Assembly: GCA_029858565.1 (NCBI GenBank) | Contig: JAOUEV010000006.1 | Location: 46,963-110,962 of the forward strand | DNA: 64,000 nt | From: Nitrospirota bacterium | Lineage (GTDB): Bacteria > Nitrospirota > UBA9217 | Direction of reading: 5' to 3' | Part shown: positions 38,593-49,035 of the stretch, piece after piece | Position numbering within the stretch: the stretch's first letter is position 1 | Layout: each line of letters opens with the position of its first letter | Made by a program: the position numbers and the translations under genes | The notes under the pieces: generated by a model | Database searches by the model: none | What the model was told of the DNA's origin: nothing | The model's input: the letters and a program-made list of their open reading frames with translations, nothing else

Positions 38593-38829
38593 TTGAAGAG
38601 CAGCCGGTCGCTGATCATTGCCGGAGCCGCGATCATCACAGCGCTGGTTTATCTGTCAGCCACGGGGAGGAAGCCGCCGTTCATTCCCGAAGACACTGTT
38701 CATCGTATCGCGACGACCCAGGAGGCCTGTCTCGCATGTCACGCGGGCGGCAAACAATCACCGCTAGAGCCGAACCATCCCCCACGTGTTCGCGATATAT
38801 CCTTCGCTATTACAGCCCGACAGGTGTAG
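38593..38829 (+). CDS. Small exported c-type cytochrome, possibly C-terminally damaged
   Basis: N-terminal hydrophobic anchor, PPFIPED..H, CLACH, NHPP. Confidence 0.6.
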   Translation: MKSSRSLIIAGAAIITALVYLSATGRKPPFIPEDTVHRIATTQEACLACHAGGKQSPLEPNHPPRVRDISFAITARQV

Positions 38830-38877
38830 TCTGCAGAGTTACAGCGGTCATTGCAATCAGAATAGGGCTTCTCCTCC

Positions 38878-39846
38878 ATGCCATTAATACCAGGTTCCTC
38901 CTATTGCCCGCCGTACCTGTTCAACAACGGCCACCTTCAAACCATCTATCCCTCTCTTGCGCGCAGACTCTCGCCGGAGCTGTATTCGCGCGAGCGGATC
39001 ACGACTTCTGACGATGATTTCCTCGATCTGGATTGGGCGCGGACAGACAGCGACTCCCTGGCAATCCTGTCGCACGGCCTTGAAGGCAGCTCCTATCGTC
39101 CCTACATGATCGGCATGGCAAGAGCGCTGAATCTCCATGGCTGGGACGCGCTGGCATGGAACTATCGCTCCTGTTCGGGCGAGATCAACCGCAGGCTGCG
39201 CATGTACCACAACGGTTCGATCGATGATCTTGATGCGGTCATCCGGCACGCCTTCTCGACGGACAGGTACCGCCGGGTCGCTTTGATCGGCTTTAGCCTC
39301 GGCGGCAACCTGACGCTGATGTATCTCGGCTCGCTCGGAACAGCGATCGATCACCGGATAGAAAGCGCAGCAGCATTCTCCGTTCCCTGCGACTTGGCGG
39401 CAGGGGCCCGGGAGCTGGCAAAGCCGCGGAACTGCTTTTACATGCAGCAGTTCCTGGTCTCTCTCCACGGGAAGATCAGAAAAAAAATGGAGCTGCTTCC
39501 CGGTGAGATCGATGATAAGGATTACCACCGCATCAGGAACTTCAAGGAGTTCGACGACCGCTACACCGCGCCGATCCATGGATTCAAGAACGCCGAGGAC
39601 TACTGGGCAAAGTGCAGCTGCAAGCAGTTCATCCCGTCGATCACGATCCCGACCCTGATCGTGAACAGTCGTGACGATCCCTTCCTTGTTGACGGGTGCT
39701 ATCCTGTGCTGGAGGCGGAGCGGAACCGCTTTGTGCACCTGGAAATGCCGCGACACGGCGGTCATGTGGGGTTCGTTCAGTTCGATCACAAGGGAACCTA
39801 CTGGTCGGAACAGCGGGCGATGGAATTTCTTGCGCAGGAGTTGTAA
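38878..39846 (+). CDS. YheT-family alpha/beta hydrolase
   Basis: NGHLQTI, HGLEGSS, GFSLGGN, DDPF, GGHVGF. Confidence 0.93.
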   Translation: MPLIPGSSYCPPYLFNNGHLQTIYPSLARRLSPELYSRERITTSDDDFLDLDWARTDSDSLAILSHGLEGSSYRPYMIGMARALNLHGWDALAWNYRSCSGEINRRLRMYHNGSIDDLDAVIRHAFSTDRYRRVALIGFSLGGNLTLMYLGSLGTAIDHRIESAAAFSVPCDLAAGARELAKPRNCFYMQQFLVSLHGKIRKKMELLPGEIDDKDYHRIRNFKEFDDRYTAPIHGFKNAEDYWAKCSCKQFIPSITIPTLIVNSRDDPFLVDGCYPVLEAERNRFVHLEMPRHGGHVGFVQFDHKGTYWSEQRAMEFLAQEL

Positions 39847-40012
39847 GATTGTTCAAGAAAAACACCTGTTCAGCGGCGATCCTCGCACGAAGCAACGAAG
39901 TCACGAAGAGAACCGCGGGAAACTAAAACAACTATTTTTTCGAGCCCCCGTGTCTTCGTGAGAGAGATGGGTTTTCCGGGGTCGGTTAAAAATCACAGAA
40001 TTGGAGCTTGGC

Positions 40013-40651
40013 ATGTTCGTCAAATACCTCAACATCGGACTCCCGAAAAAGGAGCTCTTCCACGGCAAGGAATTCACCACCGGCATATGCAAGAAGCCGG
40101 TTGCAGGACCGCTCCTGCTTTCCCGGACCGGCTTCATTGGCGACGGTGTCGGCGACCTCAGATATCATGGCGGTAGCGACAAGGCGGTCTGCGTCTACAG
40201 TCTTGACCACTATCCGTATTGGACCGCGACGCTCGGCATCGCGCTGCCTGAGGCGGCGTTCGGCGAGAACCTGACGGTCACCGGCATGCTCGAGCCCGAT
40301 ATCTGTATCGGCGATACATTCCGCATCGGAAGCGCCGTGGTGCAGGTGAGCCAGCCGCGCCAGCCCTGCAGGACGCTTGCGGCGCGCTACGGCCGCGAGG
40401 ACTTTGTGAAGCTCGTGGTGGAGTCCGGCAGGACGGGATTCTATTTCCGGACGCTGACCGAAGGTGCGGTGAATGCGGACGATATGATCACATTGGTCCA
40501 GCGCGATCCTTTCGACGTAACGGTCGAGTTCGCAAACCACATCTACCATCACGACCGCAGGAACCGGGAGGGTATCGAGCGGGTGCTTGCGGCGCCTGCC
40601 CTATCTGAATCCTGGCGGAAGTCTTTCCAGGAGCTTCGGGAAAAAATCTAG
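40013..40651 (+). CDS. MOSC-domain protein (YiiM-like)
   Basis: HGGSDKAVCVY, FGENLT, QVSQPRQPC, RTGFYFR. Confidence 0.93.
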   Translation: MFVKYLNIGLPKKELFHGKEFTTGICKKPVAGPLLLSRTGFIGDGVGDLRYHGGSDKAVCVYSLDHYPYWTATLGIALPEAAFGENLTVTGMLEPDICIGDTFRIGSAVVQVSQPRQPCRTLAARYGREDFVKLVVESGRTGFYFRTLTEGAVNADDMITLVQRDPFDVTVEFANHIYHHDRRNREGIERVLAAPALSESWRKSFQELREKI

Positions 40652-40844
40652 GATGAGGGAAAGATGTTCACCGCCAAGATGCGGGGAGCGCTAAGGACGT
40701 TAACACGAAGGACGTTGATACCGATATTTCCTCTGTACAGATCCCCTGAAACATCTTGAAATCTGAGTTCCAGTGTGAAATAATGCGACGTCCAGCCGCA
40801 TCGAGTCGGTCCGGAACTGTCCGCAGTGGTCTTCCAGGGGGTTC

Positions 40845-41654
40845 ATGTCCACTATTCTAGAAGCTGTCATCCTCGGCATTGTTCAGGGTCTGACGGAGTT
40901 CCTTCCGATCAGCAGTTCGGGCCATCTCATCCTTGCCCAGTGGGCCACGGGATGGGAAGGTGAGCTGATCAACAGTCTCACCTTCGATGTTGCGCTCCAC
41001 GTGGGAACGCTCACCGCGGTGCTCTGGTACTTCTGGCGCGACTGGCTCCAGCTCGGGAAGGCGACGGTCAAGGCACTGCAGGGCAAGGCGCCGCAATATG
41101 AAGCGCGGCTGGTTTGGTACATCGGCCTGGCAACGATCCCCGCGGTCATTGCGGGGCTGACGCTCGAACGCACGATCGAGACGCTCTTCCGGAATCCCCT
41201 GCTGGTCGCTGCCGCGCTGGTCGTCGGTTCCGTACTGATGTGGTATGCCGACAAATATTCAAAGCGCGAACGGTTCCTGGGAACCATGACGCTGCGTCAC
41301 GCGCTGTTCGTGGGTGTTGCGCAGGCCTTTGCGCTGGTGCCCGGCGTGTCGCGGTCAGGCATCACGATCACCGCGGCCCTTGCCGCGGGTTACCGCCGCG
41401 AGGACGCTGCGCGCTTCTCCTTCCTGCTCTCGACGCCGGTGATCGCCGGTGCGGCGGTCCTGAAGCTCCGTCACCTGACGTTCCAGGGCCACGCGGCCTG
41501 GGGCTGCATCCTGGGAACGCTCGGCTCGGCAGTGGTAGGGTATCTTGCCATCCGGTTCCTGATCCGCTATCTCGGACGGCATTCCCTGGATGTCTTTGTG
41601 TGGTACCGCCTTGCGCTTGCAGCGCTGGTGGTCGTTTACTGGTCCGTAAAATAG
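40845..41654 (+). CDS. uppP: Undecaprenyl-diphosphatase
   Basis: LGIVQGLTEFLPISSSGHL, PGVSRSGITI, AARFSFLLS. Confidence 0.96.
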   Translation: MSTILEAVILGIVQGLTEFLPISSSGHLILAQWATGWEGELINSLTFDVALHVGTLTAVLWYFWRDWLQLGKATVKALQGKAPQYEARLVWYIGLATIPAVIAGLTLERTIETLFRNPLLVAAALVVGSVLMWYADKYSKRERFLGTMTLRHALFVGVAQAFALVPGVSRSGITITAALAAGYRREDAARFSFLLSTPVIAGAAVLKLRHLTFQGHAAWGCILGTLGSAVVGYLAIRFLIRYLGRHSLDVFVWYRLALAALVVVYWSVK

Positions 41655-41702
41655 CCGGACGTCAAAGGTTCTTGGCCCGGCTGCGCGGGGCAACGGAGGT
41701 CC

Positions 41703-43907
41703 ATGGCAGCACCGAAGAAGGAACAACAGAAACACCGGCACGAGATCCTGGCGCTGACCCTGTTCGCGGCGGGACTTCTCCTGCTGCTTGCCCTGGTCAC
41801 GTACAGCGCCAGTGATCCCTGTTTCAGCGTGTCCCGCACAGGCGGCCAGGTCAGGAACGCGATCGGCGTTCTCGGCTCCTACCTGTCCGACGCGCTGCTC
41901 AAGCTTTTCGGGCTGGGCTCCTATCTCCTGGCGCTGTTTCTCTTTGTCTACGCCGCATTCTTCGCTCTTGGCAGCGAAGCGGTCCACCCCCATCTCAAGA
42001 AGGTCGGCGGCATCTTTCTCTTCGCATCACTTGTCAGTCTGCTCGGACTCCAGGGAGATACTGTCTCATTCCTCGGCGAGACCGTCCCGTCAGGGGGCAT
42101 GCTCGGACAGTTATTTGTCGCGATTCTCGTGGGGAGCGTGTCCACGACCGGCGCCTATATCATCACGGTGACGGTGTTCATGATCTCGCTGCTGCTGCTC
42201 GCGCCGTTCTCGCTTCTCGCTGTCTGGGAATGGACGCAGGATACCTACCACGGCATTGTGCGGCAGCTGTCGCTGCTGAACGATATCCGGAAAGCGCGGG
42301 CCGAGAAGGCACGGGAAGCCCGGATGCGGCAGCCGGAGCAGCCGAAGGCCCCGCCGCGGATCGTCGAGCCCCTGCCGCAGCCCCGCGTTGCCCCGCGTGA
42401 GACACGGGAGGCGAAGGAAAAGAAGGAAAAGCCGCAAAAACCGGTCCAGGCCACCTTCGAGTTCATGGACGACGGCAAGGGCGGATACAAGCTTCCGGCC
42501 GCGGATCTGCTCGATCCCGCGCCGCAGACCGTCAAGAAGATCTCGGAAAAGGAAATGCTCGGAATGTCCGAGCTTCTGGCGCAGAAGCTCAAGGATTTCG
42601 GCATAGAAGGCCGCATCACCCAGGTCCATCCCGGGCCGGTGGTGACCATGTTCGAGTTCGAGCCGGCGCCGGGCGTGAAAGTGAGGAGCATCGAGGGCCT
42701 GTCCGACGACCTGGCGCTGTCAATGAAGTCCACGTCAGTGCGCATCGTCTCGCCGCTCCCGGGCAAAGGGACGGTCGGCATCGAGGTCCCGAACAACTCC
42801 CGCGAGACGGTCTACTTCCGCCAGATCATCGAGTCAGGCGAGTACCAGTCGCACAAGTCCAGGCTCCGAATCCCGCTGGGCAAGGACATCTTCGGCGCGC
42901 CGGTGGTGGCCCAGATCGAGAAGATGCCTCATCTGCTCGTTGCCGGCGCCACGGGCTCCGGCAAGAGCGTTGCCGTGAACGCGATCATCATGGCTTTGCT
43001 CATGAACGCGCGGCCGAACGAGGTGAAGCTCGTTATGGTGGACCCCAAGATGCTGGAGCTTTCGCTGTACAATGATATCCCGCACCTGCTGACCCCGGTG
43101 GTCACCCAGCCCAAGAAGGCAGCGGAGACGCTCAGGGCGGTGGTCGCGGAAATGGAGCGGCGGTACCGGCAGCTCGCGGACAAGGGGTCCAAGAACATCG
43201 AATCCTATAACAAGGCCGTGCCCGAAGCTGAGCGGCTTCCCTACATCGTCGTGATCATCGACGAACTGGCGGACCTCATGATGACGGTGCAGAAAGAGGT
43301 CGAAGACTCGATCATGCGGATCGCCCAGATGGCTCGCGCTGCCGGCATCCACCTGATCGTCGCAACCCAGCGGCCGAGCGTCGATGTCGTCACGGGGCTC
43401 ATCAAGGCGAACCTGCCGTCGCGCATCGCCTTCCAGGTGGCGTCCAAGACCGATTCGCGCACCATCCTGGACGCGAACGGCGCCGAGAGCCTGCTGGGCA
43501 AGGGCGACATGCTCTTTCTCCCGCCCGGGTCTCCCCACCTGATACGCGTCCATGGATGCTATGTGTCCGAGGAGGAAATCAAACGCGTTGTGGAGGTCGT
43601 AAAGAAGCAGGGCAAGCCGAACTATGAGCTGCTGCAGCAGCGGGTGAAGGAAGTTGCCGAGGCGGCCACGCAGGCGACCGAAGAAGGGGAGCATGACGAA
43701 GAGTACGAACGGGCCGTGGACCTGGTGATGATGAACGGACAGGCGTCCACGTCCTTTATCCAGCGACGCCTGCGTGTGGGCTACAACCGCGCTGCCCGCA
43801 TGATCGAGATGATGGAAAAGGACGGCATCGTGGGCCCGGCCGACGGGTCCAAGCCCAGGAAGGTGCTCGTCAGGAAGAACATGGACGGCACGGAGCGGGA
43901 CTTATGA
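41703..43907 (+). CDS. ftsK: DNA translocase FtsK
   Basis: N-terminal TMs, PHLLVAGATGSGKS, IIDELADLMM, ATQRPSVDV, gamma domain QRRLRVGYNRAAR. Confidence 0.97.
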   Translation: MAAPKKEQQKHRHEILALTLFAAGLLLLLALVTYSASDPCFSVSRTGGQVRNAIGVLGSYLSDALLKLFGLGSYLLALFLFVYAAFFALGSEAVHPHLKKVGGIFLFASLVSLLGLQGDTVSFLGETVPSGGMLGQLFVAILVGSVSTTGAYIITVTVFMISLLLLAPFSLLAVWEWTQDTYHGIVRQLSLLNDIRKARAEKAREARMRQPEQPKAPPRIVEPLPQPRVAPRETREAKEKKEKPQKPVQATFEFMDDGKGGYKLPAADLLDPAPQTVKKISEKEMLGMSELLAQKLKDFGIEGRITQVHPGPVVTMFEFEPAPGVKVRSIEGLSDDLALSMKSTSVRIVSPLPGKGTVGIEVPNNSRETVYFRQIIESGEYQSHKSRLRIPLGKDIFGAPVVAQIEKMPHLLVAGATGSGKSVAVNAIIMALLMNARPNEVKLVMVDPKMLELSLYNDIPHLLTPVVTQPKKAAETLRAVVAEMERRYRQLADKGSKNIESYNKAVPEAERLPYIVVIIDELADLMMTVQKEVEDSIMRIAQMARAAGIHLIVATQRPSVDVVTGLIKANLPSRIAFQVASKTDSRTILDANGAESLLGKGDMLFLPPGSPHLIRVHGCYVSEEEIKRVVEVVKKQGKPNYELLQQRVKEVAEAATQATEEGEHDEEYERAVDLVMMNGQASTSFIQRRLRVGYNRAARMIEMMEKDGIVGPADGSKPRKVLVRKNMDGTERDL

Positions 43908-44614
43908 GAAGCGAGCGCGGAGTGCGGAGTGCGAAGTGCGGAGTGAAAGCATCGAACACCTCTTTCGGATTGCGGATTGCGGATTGCGGAATCAAGTCCA
44001 CGGCGTTCACGCTGCTGCTGGTCCTGACTGCGGTGAGCGTCAGCATTGCCGAAACTGCCGATGACATTGTGGCATCCATTGAGAAGCATTACCAGGCGGT
44101 GAACGATCTGTCAGGGAAGGTCAGCCAGAAGAACTATCTCAAGTCCGTGAACAAGACCCAGAAGTTCGAGGGGACCCTGTCCATCAAGAAACCCGGCAAG
44201 CTGCGGCTTGAATATACGAACGGCCAGATCATTGTCATCGACGGAAAGGCCGGCTGGTTCTATTCCAAAAAGAACGAGCAGGCCATCAGGAAGACCTTTG
44301 AAGATTTCGAGCGCGTGAACGTGCCGGTCGCGTTCCTGCTCGGCGCGGGGAACATCCGACAGGACTTCACCGTGTCCCTGGCCGGCCCGGGGCCGAAATC
44401 CCCGGTCGATCTTGTGCCGAAGAAGCCCGGCGCGGCAATGAAAAAGCTCAGGGTCGACATTGACGCAGAGGGCAGGATCAATGTCCTGACCGTGTATGAC
44501 AGGAACGGCAACACCTCTGAAGTGTCATTTGCCGATGTGCGGGAGAACGCCGGCGTCGAGGACGCACAGTTCAAGTTCGCGGTCCCCAAGGGGACGGAAG
44601 TGATAGAACAATAG
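43904..44614 (+). CDS. lolA: Outer-membrane lipoprotein carrier LolA
   Basis: Follows ftsK; KKPGKLRLEY..IVIDGK..FKFAVPKGTEVI; signal peptide extended by heptamer repeats. Confidence 0.88.
   Translation: MRSERGVRSAKCGVKASNTSFGLRIADCGIKSTAFTLLLVLTAVSVSIAETADDIVASIEKHYQAVNDLSGKVSQKNYLKSVNKTQKFEGTLSIKKPGKLRLEYTNGQIIVIDGKAGWFYSKKNEQAIRKTFEDFERVNVPVAFLLGAGNIRQDFTVSLAGPGPKSPVDLVPKKPGAAMKKLRVDIDAEGRINVLTVYDRNGNTSEVSFADVRENAGVEDAQFKFAVPKGTEVIEQ
43917..43992 (+). repeat. Heptamer tandem repeats (GCGGAGT x4, GCGGATT x4) in the lolA 5' end
   Basis: Read directly from the sequence; some units are imperfect. Confidence 0.85.
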
Positions 44615-44623
44615 GAGGTTCCC

Positions 44624-45121
44624 ATGGCCGCAGAGAATTCATTTGATATCGTGTCCAAGATCGAGATGACCGAGGTTACCAATGCCGTCACCCAGGCCAC
44701 AAAAGAGATCAGCCAGCGTTTCGATTTTAAGGGCAGCAAGTCGGAGATAACGCAGGAAAAGGACGCTCTCGTGGTCCTGTCCGACGACGAATACAAGCTC
44801 AAGAGCGTTATCGATATCCTGCAGGCTAAGCTCGTGAAGCGCGGAGTTCCGGTCAAGAACCTTACCTATGGCAAGATCGAACCTGCACTGGGCGGCACGG
44901 TGCGGCAGCGCGTCACGCTCCAGCAGGGGATCCCTTCGGACAAGGCAAAGGAGATCGTCAAGGCGATCAAGGACGCCAAGATGAAAGTGCAGGCGGCGAT
45001 CCAGGCAGACCAGGTCCGGGTCTCGGGCAAGAACCGGGACGACCTCCAGGCCGTTATCGCTTTGCTGAAGGGAAAAGATTTCGGGATCGAACTCCAGTTC
45101 ACGAACTACCGGAGCACCTAG
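44624..45121 (+). CDS. yajQ: YajQ-family nucleotide (c-di-GMP) binding protein
   Basis: [34 protein letters not shown]. Confidence 0.96.
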   Translation: MAAENSFDIVSKIEMTEVTNAVTQATKEISQRFDFKGSKSEITQEKDALVVLSDDEYKLKSVIDILQAKLVKRGVPVKNLTYGKIEPALGGTVRQRVTLQQGIPSDKAKEIVKAIKDAKMKVQAAIQADQVRVSGKNRDDLQAVIALLKGKDFGIELQFTNYRST

Positions 45122-45246
45122 GGGGGCGTCGCGCACCCCCTGTCTTCCCCTCCCTCAATACCCCTAACCAACGAATAATCTTGCAATTTTTGATCGACCT
45201 GTTATAATTTGGGAGATTCCTGGCACTCTGTGCCCGAGGAGCACGC

Positions 45247-46461
45247 ATGAGCCTTGTCGGCAGGCTGGAAGACCTTGCCCTCCCTGATATCTTCCAGATC
45301 ATCAGCCTGAGCAAAAAGACCGGAACCCTGGTGGTGCGGAGCCGCAAAGGGACGGGGATGATCGTGTTCAAAAGCGGCCAGGTGATCCAGGCCGGCAGCG
45401 ACATCATCCGTGATTCGCTCGGGAACATACTCATTTCCCAGGGGATGATCGACCAGGCCGATCTGTCCTCGGCGCTCGCTGCGCAGAAGGCGAGCCCGGA
45501 CAAGCCGCTGGGCATGCTGCTCGTGGAGCTGGGAGCGACATCGGCCAAGGTCATCGAGGATGTGGTACGGCAGCAGATCGAGGAGATCATTTCCGACCTG
45601 TTGGCATGGGAGGAAGGGTTCTTCAACTTTGAGCTGGGCGAGATCGCTCCCAAGGACACGATCGAGGTCAACACCCAGGACTTCCTGCTGAAGGCGGGGA
45701 TCAGCGCCGAATACCTGCTCATGGAGAGCACGCGCCTGCTCGACGAGAAGCGCAAGGACCAGTCCCGCAAGGGCGGTCCGGCCGCCGCGCCCGCCGCACC
45801 GGCAGCGCCGGCAGCTCCGAAAGCTCCCAAACCCGCCGTTGCCGTGACCCCACCGGCAAAACCCGTCACCCGGGACAGCTACGAACCCGCCAAAGAAGAG
45901 TTCCGGTCGCGCATCGAGACCGAAGAGCCCACCAAGCAGATCACCACGCTCAGGTCCATGTTCGACGAACTGCGTTTCCCGACGGCGACGGCCGAGGTGA
46001 CGCTCCTTATCCTGCGATATGCAAGCGAGGTCGTGAACCGCGCCATCCTGTTCATGGCGAAAAAGGACGAGGTGCGCGGACTCGGTCAGTTCGGCATCGA
46101 GCTTGCCGCGGGCAAATCGCCGGACCTGGTGGTGCGGAACATCAGGATCCCGCTGAGCGAACCGTCGCTGTTCCAGAATGTCATCGAGAGCCGGCGCACC
46201 TACCTGGGACCGCTCGAAGCGAACGAACAGAACAACTACCTGATCAACGAGATCGGCGGACGAAAGCCTGACACGGTGCTGGTCATTCCGCTTGTCGTGG
46301 ACAACAAGGTAGCGCTCGTTGTGTACGGCGACAATCTTCCGGACCAGAAGCCCATCAAGGGTCTGGAGACCCTGGAGATCTTCATGAACCAGGCCGGCAT
46401 GGCCCTGGAAAAGGCCCTGCTCGAACGGAAGCTGGCCGAGCTCCAGAAGGAGCGGTCATGA
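45247..46461 (+). CDS. DUF4388/PATAN-like protein with C-terminal GAF-like domain
   Basis: MSLVGRLEDLALPDIFQIISLSKKTGTL..WEEGFFNF; C-terminal VIPLVVDNKVALVVYGDN. Confidence 0.85.
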   Translation: MSLVGRLEDLALPDIFQIISLSKKTGTLVVRSRKGTGMIVFKSGQVIQAGSDIIRDSLGNILISQGMIDQADLSSALAAQKASPDKPLGMLLVELGATSAKVIEDVVRQQIEEIISDLLAWEEGFFNFELGEIAPKDTIEVNTQDFLLKAGISAEYLLMESTRLLDEKRKDQSRKGGPAAAPAAPAAPAAPKAPKPAVAVTPPAKPVTRDSYEPAKEEFRSRIETEEPTKQITTLRSMFDELRFPTATAEVTLLILRYASEVVNRAILFMAKKDEVRGLGQFGIELAAGKSPDLVVRNIRIPLSEPSLFQNVIESRRTYLGPLEANEQNNYLINEIGGRKPDTVLVIPLVVDNKVALVVYGDNLPDQKPIKGLETLEIFMNQAGMALEKALLERKLAELQKERS

Positions 46462-46829
46462 GGAACGTCCTGATCGTCGAGGATTCGCGGGCGATCCGCT
46501 CGTTGATCCGCATCACGCTCGAGGAGGCCGGCGATTTCCTTACCGCGGAAGCGGCAAACGGATTCGAAGCGCTCAAGATGCTCCCGGGCCGGAAGTTCGA
46601 CCTCATCATTACGGACATCAACATGCCCGATATCAACGGGCTGGAGCTCATGGGATTCGTCAAGGCGAACCCGGCCTATCAGAACATTCCGCTGGTCATC
46701 GTGAGCACCGAGAAGAGCGACGAGGACAAGAAGCGCGGCATGGCAATGGGCGCGGTCGGGTACATTGTCAAACCCTTCAGAAAAGAAGAGCTGGTGGCCG
46801 CGGTGAACAGGGCGCTGGAAGGCAAATAA
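46458..46829 (+). CDS. cheY: CheY-like response regulator
   Basis: VLIVEDS, DLIITDINMPDINGLE, YIVKPF. Confidence 0.9.
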   Translation: MRNVLIVEDSRAIRSLIRITLEEAGDFLTAEAANGFEALKMLPGRKFDLIITDINMPDINGLELMGFVKANPAYQNIPLVIVSTEKSDEDKKRGMAMGAVGYIVKPFRKEELVAAVNRALEGK

Positions 46830-46930
46830 AGGATTAAGAGGATCAAAGGGCTAAAGGGCTAGCGTAATTGCGGACACGAGATTAGACGATTACACGGTAA
46901 TCCTCTAATCCTGTAATCCTTGAATCCCGA
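46830..46930. repeat. Short (~8-nt) tandem repeats arranged as inverted arms
   Basis: GGATTAAGAGGATCAAAGGGCTAAAGGGCT ... TAATCCTC TAATCCTG TAATCCTT GAATCCCG. Confidence 0.6.
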
Positions 46931-46935
46931 TTCTT

Positions 46936-48930
46936 ATGAAGACCGACCGCCCCATACAGGAATTTCTAGCGGAGTCCGAGGACATCCTCGAGACAGCGAC
47001 GGGGATCATCCTGTCGCTTGAGGATGGACTGGAAGCCGGGCGCACCGACCCCGACCAGGTGAACGCCCTGTTCCGGGCGCTCCACTCGTTCAAGGGGCTT
47101 GCCGGGATGTTCGGGCTGCAGCAGCCCGCGGACCTGGCGCACAAGCTGGAGTTCCTGCTCGACGAGATCCGTCTCGGGAAGGTGGCGCTGGTCCGTGAGA
47201 ACCTGAACGCGCTGAGCGATGTGCTGGGGACCCTGGGACGGCTGGTGCGCCAGATCGGAAAAGGCGAAGAGACCGAAGGCATCGCCGGTGCGCTCGCGAC
47301 GCTCGACAGGATCCTGGCGGCGAAACCGGGTGCCGGCGGAGAGAAGTCCCAGCTGTCCCGTTTCACGATAGACCCTGCGGTGCTCCAGGTCCTGACGGAG
47401 TATGAAGAGCACCGCTTGAAGGAGAACATCCGGGAAGGAAAGAACCTGTTCCTTGTCCGGGCGGCGTTCTCCTTTGCCGAGTTCGAGACCGGAATACGGT
47501 CCCTGACCGAGTCGATCAAGAAGCAGGGAGAGATCATCTGCACGTTGCCCACTGCGGGCAGCGGCGACGGGATCGGCTTCACGATCATGGTCGGGAGCGC
47601 CGGCAGCCGCGAGGATCTGGCGGCGGTCTTCGGCAGGCCGAATATCCAGGTGGAGGAGGTCCCGCGCGCGGCAGAGGAGCCCGCGGCCGAACCCCGCGCC
47701 GAGACAGCGACGCTCAAGACCGTGAGCAACACGGTCCGCGTGGATATCCACAAGCTCGACAGCCTCATGAGCGTTGTGGGCGAGCTGCATATTGTCAAGG
47801 GCGAGATCGGCGGCATCGCATCGGACCTGCGGGCCATGCAGGGATTCACCGGTCTGGCCGTGAACCTCTTCAAGGCCTACAAGAACCTGGAACGCAGGCT
47901 CAACGAGATCCAGGAGGGCATCCTCGATGTCCGGATGGTGCCGATCGGCCAGATCTTCACGCGCCTCAGCACGGTGGTAAGGAAATACGCGCGGGACGCG
48001 GGCAAGGAGATCGATCTCGAGATCCGGGGCGAGGAAACGGAACTGGACAAGCTCATGGTCGAGGACCTGGCGGATCCGCTCATGCACCTGGTCCGGAACG
48101 CCATCGATCACGGGATCGACCGGCCCGACGTGCGGCGCAGCATTGGAAAGCCGGAGAGCGGCCTGGTGCGACTGACCGCTTTTCCCAAAGGGAACCACGT
48201 GGTGATCACGGTCGAGGACGATGGACGGGGGATCGATCCCGATGTCATCCTTGCCAAGGCGCGGGAAAAGGGTCTGGTGGAACCCGGTGATGATCTGGAC
48301 CCGGACCGCGACCGGAAGGAAATCCTGGACCTGATCTTTCTGCCCGGCTTCACCACGAGCGAAAAGGTCACGGAGATATCAGGTCGCGGCGTGGGCATGG
48401 ACGTGGTGAAGCGGAACGTCTCCCGCCTTTCCGGCATGATCGATATCGATACCGAGCCCGGTGAGGGCACGGTATTCACGCTGACCATGCCGATCACGCT
48501 GGCGATCATCAAGGCGCTGATCATCGAGACCGGCGGACGGAGATTCGCGGTCCCGCTCGGGTCGGTCCTGGAGATTCTCCGGGTCAGACCGGAACAGATC
48601 GAGACTGTGGAGACCCGCGAGGTCATGGCCATCAGGGACGAGACGGTCCCTTTGCTCCGTCTTGTCGACGCTTTCGGACTGACGCCGGACCCGAGCAAGG
48701 AGAACCTTTTTGTGATCCTCGTGGGCCTGGCCGAACGCCGGCTGGGGATCGTGGTCGAGGGCCTGCAGGGCCAGCAGGAGATCGTGATCAAGCCGCTGGG
48801 CAAGCGTCTTGCCGACACGCCGGGGATCGCAGGAGCCACGGAGCTCGGGGACAAGCGGATCGTGCTGGTGCTCGATGTGGAATCGCTGATCGAAGGGGCG
48901 ATGAGGAAAACGGTAGCCCGGAACCTGTAG
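46936..48930 (+). CDS. cheA: Chemotaxis histidine kinase CheA
   Basis: Hpt LFRALHSFKG, HLVRNAIDHG, EDDGRGID, SGRGVGMDVV, C-terminal CheW domain. Confidence 0.97.
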   Translation: MKTDRPIQEFLAESEDILETATGIILSLEDGLEAGRTDPDQVNALFRALHSFKGLAGMFGLQQPADLAHKLEFLLDEIRLGKVALVRENLNALSDVLGTLGRLVRQIGKGEETEGIAGALATLDRILAAKPGAGGEKSQLSRFTIDPAVLQVLTEYEEHRLKENIREGKNLFLVRAAFSFAEFETGIRSLTESIKKQGEIICTLPTAGSGDGIGFTIMVGSAGSREDLAAVFGRPNIQVEEVPRAAEEPAAEPRAETATLKTVSNTVRVDIHKLDSLMSVVGELHIVKGEIGGIASDLRAMQGFTGLAVNLFKAYKNLERRLNEIQEGILDVRMVPIGQIFTRLSTVVRKYARDAGKEIDLEIRGEETELDKLMVEDLADPLMHLVRNAIDHGIDRPDVRRSIGKPESGLVRLTAFPKGNHVVITVEDDGRGIDPDVILAKAREKGLVEPGDDLDPDRDRKEILDLIFLPGFTTSEKVTEISGRGVGMDVVKRNVSRLSGMIDIDTEPGEGTVFTLTMPITLAIIKALIIETGGRRFAVPLGSVLEILRVRPEQIETVETREVMAIRDETVPLLRLVDAFGLTPDPSKENLFVILVGLAERRLGIVVEGLQGQQEIVIKPLGKRLADTPGIAGATELGDKRIVLVLDVESLIEGAMRKTVARNL

Positions 48931-48942
48931 CCAGGAGGTACC

Positions 48943-48974
48943 GATTGCGGATTGCGGATTGCGGATTGCGGATT
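48943..48974 (+). repeat. GATTGCG heptamer tandem repeat (4.5 copies)
   Basis: Same unit as the second array in lolA. Confidence 0.85.
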
Positions 48975-49035
48975 GGTCTGCGGGTTTTAAAGACGCACTC
49001 TCGGATTGTGGCATTTTCGCGGATTACCTGCAGCC

